From an uncultured Acidimicrobiales bacterium (GTDB taxonomy: Bacteria > Actinomycetota > Acidimicrobiia > Acidimicrobiales > SZUA-35): 64,000 bases of DNA. Shown piece after piece: positions 21,095 to 30,929 of this stretch. Below the pieces are notes generated by a model. It saw only the letters and a list, made by a program, of their open reading frames with translations. It had not been told where the DNA came from and did not search any database. The stretch spans positions 8,643 through 72,642 of the forward strand of contig CALJSB010000013.1 in assembly GCA_937976305.1 (NCBI GenBank), read 5' to 3'. The position numbers and the translations under genes were made by a program. How positions within the stretch are numbered: position 1 is the stretch's first letter; every line of letters begins with the position of its first letter.

Positions 21095-22347
21095 GCCGCA
21101 GAGTTGCAATCATCGGTCAGGGTTATGTCGGCCTGCCGGTTGCGATGCGGGCCGTCGAGGTCGGCCACGACGTCGTGGGATTCGACGTCGACTCCCGCAA
21201 GATCGAGGGCCTCGCTGCGGGGAGCTCCCACGTCGACGACATCACAGACGACGACATCGCCAACGCGCTGGCGACCAACCGCTACGAACCGAGCCTCAAC
21301 CCCGAGTCACTCAAGGATTTCGACATCGCAGTGATCACGGTGCCAACCCCGCTACGCGACGGTGTTCCTGATCTCAGCTTCATTCGCTCTGCCGGTGAAC
21401 TGTGTGCCCCTCATTTGCAGGCCGGCGCAACCGTTGTGCTCGAGTCCACGACCTACCCCGGCACAACCGACACGTTCCTCGCAACCATTCTCGAAGAGGG
21501 TTCGGGTTTGCTGGCCGGTGCCGACTTCCATCTCGGCTTCTCGCCAGAACGCATTGACCCCGGTAACACCACGTGGGGATTTCGCGAAACGCCAAAGGTG
21601 GTGTCCGGTATCGATGCCGCTTCGCTGGAGGTCGTGCAGACGTTTTACGACGAACTGGTCGATCAAACGGTGGCGACGGTGGGAACTCGCGAAGCCGAAA
21701 TGACCAAGCTGCTCGAAAACACCTTCCGCCACGTCAACATTGCGCTCGTGAACGAACTGGCGATCAACTCGAAGGCGCTGGGTATCGACTTTTGGGACGT
21801 GATCGGTGCCGCGAAGACCAAACCCTTCGGTTTCATGCCCTTCTATCCCGGCCCCGGTGTTGGCGGACATTGCCTTCCCATCGACCCAACCTATTTGTCG
21901 TGGCAGTTCGAACGCGAGCTGGGGACGGTCTCGCGTTTTGTAAAGACCGCTGACGACATCAACCGAGGGATGCCCAAGTACGTGGTCTCTCGCATCCAGG
22001 CTGGCTTGAACGATCGGCGGAAGTCGGTCAACGGAGCCAACATCGTGGTGCTCGGCATCAGCTACAAAGCCGACTCGAGAGACGCTCGAGAGACCCCAGC
22101 AACGGCCGTGATCGAAGGCCTCTGTGACTTGGGAGCGAACGTGCAGGCTCATGATCCGGTCGTCACCGACTACGCACTCGATGAGCGTGCGAATTGGGTC
22201 GACCTCGACGCCGGCACCGTGAGCTCAGCAGACTGCATCGTGTTGCTCGCAGCGCACACTGCGGTCGACTACGGCCTGCTCGATCAAGCCGACTACGTCT
22301 TCGACACACGCCGACAACTGCACGGACCAAACGTCGAATCGCTCTGA
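21091..22347 (+). CDS. Nucleotide-sugar 6-dehydrogenase (UDP-GlcNAc/ManNAc dehydrogenase, WbpA/WecC-like)
   Basis: VAIIGQGYVGLPVA Rossmann motif and the catalytic-Cys motif GPGVGGHCLPIDP. 418 aa. Confidence 0.85.
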   Translation: MSRRVAIIGQGYVGLPVAMRAVEVGHDVVGFDVDSRKIEGLAAGSSHVDDITDDDIANALATNRYEPSLNPESLKDFDIAVITVPTPLRDGVPDLSFIRSAGELCAPHLQAGATVVLESTTYPGTTDTFLATILEEGSGLLAGADFHLGFSPERIDPGNTTWGFRETPKVVSGIDAASLEVVQTFYDELVDQTVATVGTREAEMTKLLENTFRHVNIALVNELAINSKALGIDFWDVIGAAKTKPFGFMPFYPGPGVGGHCLPIDPTYLSWQFERELGTVSRFVKTADDINRGMPKYVVSRIQAGLNDRRKSVNGANIVVLGISYKADSRDARETPATAVIEGLCDLGANVQAHDPVVTDYALDERANWVDLDAGTVSSADCIVLLAAHTAVDYGLLDQADYVFDTRRQLHGPNVESL

Positions 22348-23183
22348 TGACAACGATGCAGACCGGCCGCCGCCAGACCGGCGCAAGCAACTTCAAGCCC
22401 CTCGTCATCAACTTCGCCCGCCGAGAAATGCGCGCTCGCTACAAGCGCAGCCTGCTCGGCTGGTTCTGGTCACTTATCAACCCACTTTCAACCGTGCTCA
22501 TCTACGGGTTGGTATTCGGTGTCTTCCTACGCGCCTTACCTCCCGACCTCGGCAACGGCAACGAGGGAGTATTTGCCGTCTACCTCTTCAACGGGCTCGT
22601 CACGTGGGCGTTGTTCGCTGCGATCATCAACGGCTCAATGGATTGGCTGGCCGGGGTGATGGACCTTCGCAAGAAGGTCTTCTTCCCGACCGAAACGGCC
22701 ATTCTTGGCGGGGCGATCGCCACCGCAGTCCAAACGGCGTTCGAGCTCGCAGTGCTCTACGCCATCATGCTCGTCCTCTGGAACGTGGGATGGACCTCGC
22801 TCTTGTTGCCGTTGATTCTGGTCGGGATCGCCAGCTTCGCCCTCGGCATCGGCTTTGTGATCTCGGTTCTGAACGCCCGCTACCGCGACGTGCGCTACCT
22901 CACGGGCATCGCCCTCAGCCTTCTGTTCTTCCTCGCTCCGATCGTGTATCCCGCATCGATCTTGGAAGGTGCTGATCTCGATACCTACGGTCTCCCCGCC
23001 GCGGAAATCGTGGCGTGGAACCCGGTGAGCGTGTACGTGCAGTCGGCGCATGACGTCACCTACTTCCTGCGAGTCCCGTCGCTTGGCCGCATCGCCGTCA
23101 TGGTGGTGTGTTCCACCCTGTCGCCCATGCTCGGTCTGGCGTTCTTCCGACGGCGTTCGATGGAAATCAGCGAGGCGCTCTAG
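22347..23183 (+). CDS. wzm: ABC-2 type polysaccharide exporter permease (Wzm/TagG-like)
   Basis: N-terminus ARREMRARYKRSLLGWFWSLINPL followed by 6 TM segments. The ATG at 22347 overlaps the upstream TGA (TGATG); the ORF-track start at 22194 is a read-through extension. Confidence 0.9.
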   Translation: MTTMQTGRRQTGASNFKPLVINFARREMRARYKRSLLGWFWSLINPLSTVLIYGLVFGVFLRALPPDLGNGNEGVFAVYLFNGLVTWALFAAIINGSMDWLAGVMDLRKKVFFPTETAILGGAIATAVQTAFELAVLYAIMLVLWNVGWTSLLLPLILVGIASFALGIGFVISVLNARYRDVRYLTGIALSLLFFLAPIVYPASILEGADLDTYGLPAAEIVAWNPVSVYVQSAHDVTYFLRVPSLGRIAVMVVCSTLSPMLGLAFFRRRSMEISEAL

Positions 23184-24442
23184 TGACCTCACCAGCGATC
23201 TCCATCCAGAATGTGTCGAAGCGCTTCGAGCTGAGCAGCGGCGGTGCATCGTCGATCAAAGAAGCGCTGGTCAGCCGGCGCCGAGCAACAACCAAAGAGT
23301 TCTGGGCCCTTCGCGACGTCTCGTTTGACATCCCAGCGGGATCGTTTTTCGGCATCATTGGCCACAACGGGTCTGGCAAGTCGACACTGCTGAAACTGAC
23401 TGCCGGCATCCATCGACCGACGAGCGGCACCATTGCGGTCAATGGCCGCATTTCGGCCCTCCTTGAGCTCGGGTCCGGGTTCCACCCCGACCTCACCGGG
23501 CGCGAAAACGTGTTTCTGAACGGAGCGATCCTCGGCCTGTCGCAGAAACGTATGGAATCGACGATCGACGAGATCGCCGAGTTCAGCGGCATCGGCGAGT
23601 TCATCGATGCGCCCGTGAAAGTCTACTCGAGCGGCATGCACGTGCGCCTTGGCTTTGCCATCGCTGTTCACGTCGAGCCAGAGATTCTCCTTGTCGACGA
23701 AGTGCTGGCGGTTGGTGACGAAGAGTTCCAACGCAAGTGCTTTGATCACATCTATTCGCTTCGCCGCAAGGGCACCACGATCATTTTGGTGTCACACGAC
23801 TCCAACGCGATGCACACCTTGTGCGACGAAGTCGCGTGGCTCGATCACGGTGAGCTCCAACAAGTCGACGAGCCATCCGTCGTTGTCGACGCCTATCTCG
23901 CCCACGTCAACGCCCAGGAAAACGAGCGGCTCGCCGACGAGCCCGAAGAAGAAGCCACACCCACGATTGCCGTCGAAACTGACGATCGCCGTGGGTCAGG
24001 CGAGATGCGAATCAGCAGGGTCTCCTACCACAACGAGACTGGCGCCGAAATTCCCGCCGCATCGAGTGGAGATCACCTCACGATTCGGCTGCACTTCGAA
24101 GCCGCCACCAGTGTTCCCCATCCGGTCTTCGGAATCGGCGTGTATCACGAGAACGGCACACACTTGGCCGGCCCGAACAACAAACTCGTCGACGTCGAAC
24201 AGCCCATCATCGAGGCGGGAACCGGGTCGATCGACATCACGATCAATCAGCTGTCGTTGCTTCCCGGTCTCTACTTCCTCACCACCGGCATTTACTCCGC
24301 CGACATCCTGCACTGTTTCGATTCGTGGGACCGTGCCCACAAGCTCACGGTGCAGCCCGGTTCAGCGATCGAACGCTACGGACTCGTGAGCCTCGATACC
24401 GAGTGGTCCGTGGCTACTACGATTCCCGGGCGTTCGGACTGA
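23183..24442 (+). CDS. wzt: ABC polysaccharide exporter ATPase with a C-terminal Wzt_C-type carbohydrate-binding domain
   Basis: Walker A GHNGSGKST, signature YSSGM, Walker B LLVDE. The ~155-aa C-terminal beta-rich domain (about 23975-24439) resembles Wzt_C. The GTG at 23183 overlaps the wzm TAG (TAGTG). Confidence 0.85.
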   Translation: MTSPAISIQNVSKRFELSSGGASSIKEALVSRRRATTKEFWALRDVSFDIPAGSFFGIIGHNGSGKSTLLKLTAGIHRPTSGTIAVNGRISALLELGSGFHPDLTGRENVFLNGAILGLSQKRMESTIDEIAEFSGIGEFIDAPVKVYSSGMHVRLGFAIAVHVEPEILLVDEVLAVGDEEFQRKCFDHIYSLRRKGTTIILVSHDSNAMHTLCDEVAWLDHGELQQVDEPSVVVDAYLAHVNAQENERLADEPEEEATPTIAVETDDRRGSGEMRISRVSYHNETGAEIPAASSGDHLTIRLHFEAATSVPHPVFGIGVYHENGTHLAGPNNKLVDVEQPIIEAGTGSIDITINQLSLLPGLYFLTTGIYSADILHCFDSWDRAHKLTVQPGSAIERYGLVSLDTEWSVATTIPGRSD

Positions 24443-24453
24443 GACCGACCTCG

Positions 24454-26169
24454 TCAGCTGGCAACGACCTCGTCGCGGTCAGACTCGGCTCGTGCATCTG
24501 GCGGCCAGATCCTGGCCGGCCATCGCCAGCCCGAAAGCTCGCGCAACCGAGTCAGTGACGCCGGGGGCGCCAGCTCGTCGACTCGGTATCCCATCAGATT
24601 CGGGTTGTCCCACGGATCATTCGACAACGCGTGATGCCAACGGTCGTTCATGAGGCCCACTTCCCACGCGTCAACACGTACAGGGCGGCTCGAGGTCTCG
24701 AAGTGAACAACCCGCAGCCGGTTGTCGAGCACGGATCGCCAACCCTGGGCCAGGAGCTTCATGCACAAGTCAACATCGTTGAAGTTCATCGGGAACTCGT
24801 AGGAGAACCCTCCCACGGCATCGAAACGATCCCGACGGAGACCAAGGCATGCCCCAGTCACGGCGAGGCTGTTGAGCGTGATCAGATGGGCGTTGAAGTA
24901 CCCGTGAGAGTCAGCGGCCAAGCCAGCCGAACGATGGAACGGCTCCCCTCGACGCGAGAAGACTCCGGCCTGCTGGATCCGACCATCGGGATACTCGAGA
25001 CAGCAGCCGACCGCTCCGACGTCTGGTTGATCCATCCAAAGCACAAGTCGTTCGAGCCAGTTCTCGGTCACGATCTCGGTGTCGTCGTTCAGGAAGACGA
25101 GGCGGTCGCCTTTGGCATGGCTGACGCCGAGATTGTTGGCACCGGAGAAACTGAACGGGTTCGGGTCGCGGACAACGCGGATCTTGTCGCCAGCAATCCC
25201 CGATACCCGTTCGATCAGTTCATCGGTGCTGTTGTCTCGGTCGAACACCATCACAATCTCGTAGTTGTCGTAGGTCGAACGCTCAACCACGGAGCGAACG
25301 GCTCGCTCGACAAGGATGAATGTTTCGCCAGCAACCGACCTCACGAACCCACCGGTCAGGATGATGATCGACACCAACGGTTTGTCGACGAGATTTGGCT
25401 CGATCTCGATGATCATCCGGTTGGTTTCGAGGGTGGCGGTCGCGTCCAGGCCGGTGCGATCGATATGACTCTGCACAGCACGAACTCCGGCATCAAAGGC
25501 CCACGTCTTGGCTGCGGGGTCGAGCGCAGTCGAGTTTTCGCCCTGGCGCCAGTGGTACAGCACTCGCGGGATGTGGGCGACCTGCCGAGCCCGCTCGGTG
25601 GCTCGCAGCGCCAGGTCGTGATCCTGCGCCCCGTCGTAACCGGGGCGAAGGGCACCCAACTCTTCGATCAATGCGCTGCGATAGGCCGCGAAGTGCCCGA
25701 TGTACATCTGCGCTCTGAGACGCTCGGGCGACCATCCGGGCTTGTGAAACGGGTCGTGGCGCTTGCCGTCGAGATCGAGCTTGTCCTCATCGGTGTAAAT
25801 GACATCGACGGTCGAGTGCTCCTCATAGACGGCGCGAACCGCGGCCACAGCGTCGTGGTGGAGAACATCGTCGTTATCGAGAAATGACACGAACTCGCCG
25901 GTGGCGATCTCGACACCTGCGTTCGTGGCGCCGATGATCCCCTGCTGTTCGGACAACCGCCTCACGATGATTCTCGGATCGTCGAGCCCTTCGAGGATCT
26001 CGTTCGTCTCATCGGGTTGTGGACCATCCGCAACGAGCAGGAGCTCCCACGCCGGGTCGGTTTGACTCAACACCGAGTCGATTGCTTCAACAAAGACCTC
26101 GGTGTCGGGCTGGTAGACAGGAACGACGATCGACAGATGCGATCCGTCGCCGTTGGCAGAAGCCATCAT
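24454..26169 (-). CDS. Two-domain GT2 glycosyltransferase, paralog (a); both halves have intact motifs
   Basis: N-terminal half: SIVVPVYQPD ... LLLVADGP ... FLDNDDVL ... IYTDEDK ... PGWSPE. C-terminal half: VSIIILTGG ... FLNDDTEIV ... AVTGACL ... NFNDVDLC ... HFETSSR. The ATG at 26169 overlaps the upstream TGA (ATGA). Confidence 0.85.
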   Translation of the reverse strand: MMASANGDGSHLSIVVPVYQPDTEVFVEAIDSVLSQTDPAWELLLVADGPQPDETNEILEGLDDPRIIVRRLSEQQGIIGATNAGVEIATGEFVSFLDNDDVLHHDAVAAVRAVYEEHSTVDVIYTDEDKLDLDGKRHDPFHKPGWSPERLRAQMYIGHFAAYRSALIEELGALRPGYDGAQDHDLALRATERARQVAHIPRVLYHWRQGENSTALDPAAKTWAFDAGVRAVQSHIDRTGLDATATLETNRMIIEIEPNLVDKPLVSIIILTGGFVRSVAGETFILVERAVRSVVERSTYDNYEIVMVFDRDNSTDELIERVSGIAGDKIRVVRDPNPFSFSGANNLGVSHAKGDRLVFLNDDTEIVTENWLERLVLWMDQPDVGAVGCCLEYPDGRIQQAGVFSRRGEPFHRSAGLAADSHGYFNAHLITLNSLAVTGACLGLRRDRFDAVGGFSYEFPMNFNDVDLCMKLLAQGWRSVLDNRLRVVHFETSSRPVRVDAWEVGLMNDRWHHALSNDPWDNPNLMGYRVDELAPPASLTRLRELSGWRWPARIWPPDARAESDRDEVVAS

Positions 26170-27272
26170 CGACCGCGGACGCGTCGGTATGGGGCCATGA
26201 CCTGGTAGCCGACCTTCCACGTGGTCGAGCTCTCCACTGCGTCGAGTCGATTCTTGGTTCGCTCGAGTTCGGCGATGACCTCGTTGGTTTGCTGCACATC
26301 GACTCGGTGCTCAAGCCCTTCGACCAGTTGGTCCCAGTGTTCCTGATGGGCCAGGGCCGCCATCAACTCACCGCGCAGCCGCTCCGACTCGGCCAACGCC
26401 TGTCCACGGCCAACATCAGCGCCGATCGCAGCATCGCGGGCCATCAGCACCTGGGCCTCGAGTTCGACGATCCGCTGATTTGCGGCGTCAAGCTCTTCTT
26501 GTTGGGCTTGGGCCTCTGCGTCCGTTTGCTCCGTTGACTGCCGCACCACTTCCAGTTCGTCGTTCAGCGCACCTTCGCGGATGTGCTGCTCGAAGGATGC
26601 TCTTCGAAGCTCCACGACCTCGGCTCGATGCCGGAACTCACTACGCTCGAAATCTCGAGCCAGGGAGGTCAGCGTGACTGGCTTCGACTCGAAAAGTCCG
26701 GCCCACGAGGTGAGGTAGCTCGCATCGTGGTCGACGTTTCGAAACATGCCGTGTTCCGCCATCAACTCGGCCCAGTACTCGACGGGCCGAACGTTCAGAT
26801 GGGTCGGTTCGGCGTAGTCGTGCGGGGTGCTCGACAGCAGGATGCGATCGCTGGCGGCCACCATGTTGGCGAGCAGCGTGCGGCCATCGTCGGCGTCGAG
26901 ATGTTCGATCACTTCAACACACGTGATGAGATCAAATCGGCCCTCGATGGGCTCCAGCCCGCTCACGACAGAACAGTGGCCCACGGCAGAACCGCCCACC
27001 TGGCTGATGGCGTACTCGGAGACATCGGTACCGATCGCGTCCACACCGCGGTCGCGCAGTGCCTCGACCAGGAAACCGAAGGCACACCCAACATCGAGCA
27101 CGGTGCGGGGGTTGAGCGTGGCAACGATTCGGTCAGCAACCTTGCCGAAGAAGTTCAGCCAATGATCATTGCGCTCGTAGGGAATGCCCAAGTGGTGGGC
27201 GTAGTAGTTCTGGTCGTAGCCGCTGTCATCGACGTTGTTGTCAACGCTGGCCTCGGGATCGCTCATCCCCAA
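26166..27272 (-). CDS. SAM-dependent methyltransferase fused to a long coiled coil with an STTW...PYR tail (WbdD-like chain terminator/regulator candidate)
   Basis: N-terminus VLDVGCAFGFLVEAL ... ITCVEVIEHL (class I MTase). Residues ~215-340 are E/A/L/Q-rich heptads. The C-terminus is LDAVESSTTWKVGYQVMAPYRRVRGR. Confidence 0.8.
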   Translation of the reverse strand: MGMSDPEASVDNNVDDSGYDQNYYAHHLGIPYERNDHWLNFFGKVADRIVATLNPRTVLDVGCAFGFLVEALRDRGVDAIGTDVSEYAISQVGGSAVGHCSVVSGLEPIEGRFDLITCVEVIEHLDADDGRTLLANMVAASDRILLSSTPHDYAEPTHLNVRPVEYWAELMAEHGMFRNVDHDASYLTSWAGLFESKPVTLTSLARDFERSEFRHRAEVVELRRASFEQHIREGALNDELEVVRQSTEQTDAEAQAQQEELDAANQRIVELEAQVLMARDAAIGADVGRGQALAESERLRGELMAALAHQEHWDQLVEGLEHRVDVQQTNEVIAELERTKNRLDAVESSTTWKVGYQVMAPYRRVRGR

Positions 27273-27301
27273 AGACTAGGCCCCTTGCCCATCAGGCGAG
27301 G

Positions 27302-28870
27302 TCATGCGTCGACAGGACGTGGCAGCGAGCTGGGCGACGCCAGCACCGGCCGAAAGAGCTGCTCTCCGGCGTCCCCCCGCAGTGCACTGAGCGCAACCGG
27401 GCGAGGGATCTGAGCCACGCCGACGACGCGCAGATTCGGATTGTCGTAGGGGTCGTCCCACAACACCGAACCCCATTCGTTCTGGAGTAGGTCGTGTTCC
27501 CAGCTCTCGCTGCCGACCGATCGCGACGACGTTTCCAGGTGGGTCATCACTGTCGTGCCGTCGAACACGGTGCGATAGCCCCGAGCACCAAGGCGAAGAC
27601 ACAGGTCGACATCGTTGTAGTTGAGCGGCAACTCCTCGTTCATTCCACCGACCGCGTCCCACTGGTCACGTCGAACCGCAAGGCACGCTCCAGTGACGGC
27701 GAGCATGTTGCAGGCGCCGGCGAGAACCCCATGGTGACCAGCGGAGTCACCGGGGTACCCGTGATAGAGGTGATCAGCGCTGCCGCCGCGAGCGACAACC
27801 CCTCCGTGTTGCAGCCTGCCGTCTGCATACAGGAGTCGAACACCGACGGCACCGACATCAGGCACTTCGGTACGGGCGACGAGCCGTTCGATCCAGTCAG
27901 GCGTCACTACTTCGGTGTCGTCGTTGAGCAACACAACGACCTCGCCTCGGGCATGTTCGACTCCGAGGTTGCACGTGGCGGCGAAGTTGAACGGCCGCGT
28001 GTCACGGATGACTCGCACCCGATCATCGATGGCAGCCAGACGCTCGCCGAGCTCGTCAGCACTCGTCGCGTCGATCACCGCGACCACTTCGTAGTTGGGG
28101 TACGTCGAATGTTCGACGACCGATGCGACCGCGTTCGTGACCAGCTCGACCTCGGCCCCTCGAACGGTGCGGAACGATCCGCCCGTCGGCACGATCAGGC
28201 TCACAACCGGAAGCGACCTGAGCTTGGGCTGGTAGGCAGCGACCTGTTCGCAGGTGGCATGGACTTCGGCCTCGATCGGCAGTCCAATTCGTTCGGCGTG
28301 CCGGGTCACTGCGATGGGATCGAGGTCGTCGGCCCGGGCGGCACCGTCCTCACGGCGGATCGAGGCCACGAATCTCGGAATCGAAACGACCGAGTCGACC
28401 CGCTCAGAAACCCTCAGCGCAAGGTCATGAAGGCCGTTCAGGTGCTCCGCGGTTTCGACGACCAACGTAAGCACGTCGGCTCGGGCCCACCACAAGCCGC
28501 CGATGTACATCTGCGACGTCAGCAGGTCGGGCGACCACGCTGGGCGGTGTAGGCCAGCGCTCCGACCGGCCGTGATGTCGATGGCATCGCCGTAGATGAG
28601 GCCGACCTCGGGGCGTGCGTTTGCGACCTGCTCAGCCCACCCCCACGCTTCTTCACACACCGTGTCGCCAGCCACCATGAACCCGACCAGGTGGTGACGA
28701 TCTGACAGCCCAAGACCGACGAGATCCCAGAGTCGTTCGAGAAGAGTGCCCGAAGACGCTTCGACCACGTTGCTCACCGCAGCCACCGAAGAGATACTCG
28801 CCTTGAGGCCAACGACGTTGGATTCGGCGACCTCCTCAGGGGCGACAACGACGGTCGATCTGCGCACCAT
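27302..28870 (-). CDS. Two-domain GT2 glycosyltransferase, paralog (b); the N-terminal half is degenerate
   Basis: The C-terminal half is intact (VSLIVPTGG ... LLNDDTEVV ... AVTGACL ... NYNDVDLC ... HLETSSR). The N-terminal half aligns to paralog (a), but DNDD becomes AGDT and TDED becomes GDAI. The ATG at 28870 shares one base with the upstream TGA (TGATG). Confidence 0.8.
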   Translation of the reverse strand: MVRRSTVVVAPEEVAESNVVGLKASISSVAAVSNVVEASSGTLLERLWDLVGLGLSDRHHLVGFMVAGDTVCEEAWGWAEQVANARPEVGLIYGDAIDITAGRSAGLHRPAWSPDLLTSQMYIGGLWWARADVLTLVVETAEHLNGLHDLALRVSERVDSVVSIPRFVASIRREDGAARADDLDPIAVTRHAERIGLPIEAEVHATCEQVAAYQPKLRSLPVVSLIVPTGGSFRTVRGAEVELVTNAVASVVEHSTYPNYEVVAVIDATSADELGERLAAIDDRVRVIRDTRPFNFAATCNLGVEHARGEVVVLLNDDTEVVTPDWIERLVARTEVPDVGAVGVRLLYADGRLQHGGVVARGGSADHLYHGYPGDSAGHHGVLAGACNMLAVTGACLAVRRDQWDAVGGMNEELPLNYNDVDLCLRLGARGYRTVFDGTTVMTHLETSSRSVGSESWEHDLLQNEWGSVLWDDPYDNPNLRVVGVAQIPRPVALSALRGDAGEQLFRPVLASPSSLPRPVDA

Positions 28871-29208
28871 CAGCGACCCGTTTTGTGGCGCACGAAGCGA
28901 TACGGAGACAGAGCTGTCTGCGTGACTCGCCATGTCGTGCTGGATTCGATCGCCTCGAACCGCTCTCGACACTGCCGCAGCTCTTCTCGCTGCTCGGCAA
29001 GGAGCTGATCCCACTCGGCCTGCGCGGCCACGGCAGCGGCCAACCGTTCAGACGTCTCGATGAGCTCACCCTGTACTTCCCCGAGCGCTTTCTCAGCGGC
29101 GGCAGCAGCCTCGAGCGCGGTGGCGAGACGTGCCTGCAGAACTGCACTGTCCAGATCGGCCGCACGTTCCACATCAGCGACGTCATCGCTCGGAGTGTCC
29201 ACGAGCAC
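28870..29208 (-). CDS. Small coiled-coil protein with an STTW...PYR tail (b)
   Basis: C-terminus ...AEWDQLLAEQREELRQCRERFEAIESSTTWRVTQTALSPYRFVRHKTGR. I chose the GTG at 29208 (or 29202) because the longer ORF (to 29505) would run through the divergent rmlC gene. Confidence 0.6.
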   Translation of the reverse strand: MLVDTPSDDVADVERAADLDSAVLQARLATALEAAAAAEKALGEVQGELIETSERLAAAVAAQAEWDQLLAEQREELRQCRERFEAIESSTTWRVTQTALSPYRFVRHKTGR

Positions 29209-29295
29209 GATCCTACGGTGCCCGCGACAGCCGGGAGCGAATGGCGCCTCAGCTGCTCCGCCTGAGCGAAGAGCCCCCAACCTAAGCTGCAACAC
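29209..29295. promoter_or_regulatory. Divergent promoter region between the GT operon (minus) and rmlCBDA (plus)
   Basis: 87-bp gap. TAAGCT (29283-29288) lies 7 nt before the rmlC GTG (leaderless-type spacing). There is a short inverted repeat CTCAG-n9-CTGAG at 29248-29266. Confidence 0.3.
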
Positions 29296-29859
29296 GTGAA
29301 AGTTCTGAACCGATACTTCGACGCTGCGCTCGAAATCGAAACGAAGCGATTCGGCGACGACCGGGGCTGGTTCAACGTTCCCTGGGAATTCGAGGCTGCG
29401 GCCGCGATTGGCATCGACAAGCCGTTCGTGCAGGACAACCACTCGCTGTCCGTCGACGTGGGCACGATTCGAGGCATCCACCTTCAACTCGCACCGTATG
29501 AACAAGGCAAACTCGTGCGGGTTGCCACCGGTGCGGTGCTCGACGTGATCGTGGATCTTCGCCCCGGGTCGCCAACCGTCGGCGAATGGGCTGGCATCGA
29601 ACTCTCAGCAGAGACCGGCAACCAACTCTGGGTTCCCCGCGGCTTCGGCCACGGGTTCTGCACCAGAGAACCCAACACCCACCTGCTGTACAAGGTCGAC
29701 AACGCCTACCACCCTGATGCTGAGCGCAGCCTCGCCTGGGACGACCCGTCTGTCGGCATCGATTGGGGCGTCGACCCCGCGGCAGTGACCCTGTCGGAGA
29801 AAGATCAACAGGGTGCCGACCTCGAGACCATCCTGAACGACATCAGAGGAGCACAATGA
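29296..29859 (+). CDS. rfbC: dTDP-4-dehydrorhamnose 3,5-epimerase
   Basis: 187 aa with RmlC cupin motifs FGDDRGWF ... NHSLS ... IRGIHLQ ... [11 protein letters not shown]. Confidence 0.95.
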   Translation: MKVLNRYFDAALEIETKRFGDDRGWFNVPWEFEAAAAIGIDKPFVQDNHSLSVDVGTIRGIHLQLAPYEQGKLVRVATGAVLDVIVDLRPGSPTVGEWAGIELSAETGNQLWVPRGFGHGFCTREPNTHLLYKVDNAYHPDAERSLAWDDPSVGIDWGVDPAAVTLSEKDQQGADLETILNDIRGAQ

Positions 29860-30929
29860 GCGCCAACCAAACACCAAAGCGACTGATTGTCACCGGAGGT
29901 CTCGGCTTCATCGGCTCTGCCGTCATCCGTCGCCTGATCGAACACACCGAGCACACCGTGCTCAACCTCGACGTGATGACCTACGCCGCAACCACAGGGT
30001 CGGTCGAACCCGTTGCCGCCAACGACCGTTACCAGCATCAGAAGGTCGACATCACCGAGGGAAAGGAGCTCCGCAACGTCTTCACCGAGTTCGCTCCCGA
30101 GGGAGTCATCCACCTCGCCGCTGAGTCCCACGTCGATCGGTCGATCGATGGGCCAGGAGCGTTCATCCAAACGAACGTGATCGGCACCTTCGAACTTCTG
30201 CAAGCAGCTCGAGCTGAAGCCGAGAACCGAGACATCGCCGACTCGTTCCGGTTCCTTCACGTGTCGACCGACGAGGTGTTCGGAGCACTCGGCCCCGACG
30301 ATGCTGCTTTTGACGAGAGCACGGCGTACGACCCTCGCAGCCCCTACTCGGCGTCCAAAGCATCATCTGACCACCTGGTGCGGGCCTGGCACGAGACGTT
30401 CGGCCTGCAGACGATCATCACCAACTGCTCAAACAACTACGGACCGTTCCACTTCCCCGAAAAGCTCATTCCGCTGATGATCATCAAGAGCCTCGCTGGG
30501 GAGCCACTCCCCGTCTACGGAGCAGGTGAGAACGTGCGCGACTGGCTGTTTGTGGACGACCACGCCCGAGCCATCATCTCGGCGTTCGAAGACGGATCGC
30601 CGGGCGAGACCTACGCCATCGGCGGCAACGCCGAGCGAACCAACATCGATGTGGTGAAGACCGTGTGCGATCTCATCGACGAACTCGCCGAGCCGCTCTC
30701 CTCGGGCGAACCACGCCGCAGCCTCATCGAGTTCGTGACCGACCGGCCCGGCCACGATCTGCGCTATGCCGTCGACGCGTCCAAGGCCAAGGCCGAGTTG
30801 GGCTGGGAACCGTCGGTCACCTTCGAAGAAGGTCTGCGATCCACCGTCGAGTGGTATCTCGCCAACGAGGCCTGGTGGCGCCCGATTCACGATGGGCGCT
30901 ACAGCGGCGAACGTCTCGGCTCCGGCTGA
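29856..30929 (+). CDS. rfbB: dTDP-glucose 4,6-dehydratase
   Basis: [21 protein letters not shown] ... [10 protein letters not shown] ... TNCSNNYGP. The ATG at 29856 overlaps the rfbC TGA (ATGA); the ORF-track start at 29763 is an extension. Confidence 0.95.
   Translation: MSANQTPKRLIVTGGLGFIGSAVIRRLIEHTEHTVLNLDVMTYAATTGSVEPVAANDRYQHQKVDITEGKELRNVFTEFAPEGVIHLAAESHVDRSIDGPGAFIQTNVIGTFELLQAARAEAENRDIADSFRFLHVSTDEVFGALGPDDAAFDESTAYDPRSPYSASKASSDHLVRAWHETFGLQTIITNCSNNYGPFHFPEKLIPLMIIKSLAGEPLPVYGAGENVRDWLFVDDHARAIISAFEDGSPGETYAIGGNAERTNIDVVKTVCDLIDELAEPLSSGEPRRSLIEFVTDRPGHDLRYAVDASKAKAELGWEPSVTFEEGLRSTVEWYLANEAWWRPIHDGRYSGERLGSG

Noticed and set aside
24631-25887. 418-aa plus-strand ORF antisense to GT2 paralog (a). 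Similar long antisense ORFs lie at 27494-28552, 36208-37458, 37777-38733, 18538-20010, 8740-9624, 49229-50134, 52262-53332 and 60647-61918.
   Set aside because: All lie opposite genes with strong family signatures. All have the Arg/Gly/Pro/Val-rich composition expected from reverse-frame translation of GC3-rich genes, and none has a recognisable motif.
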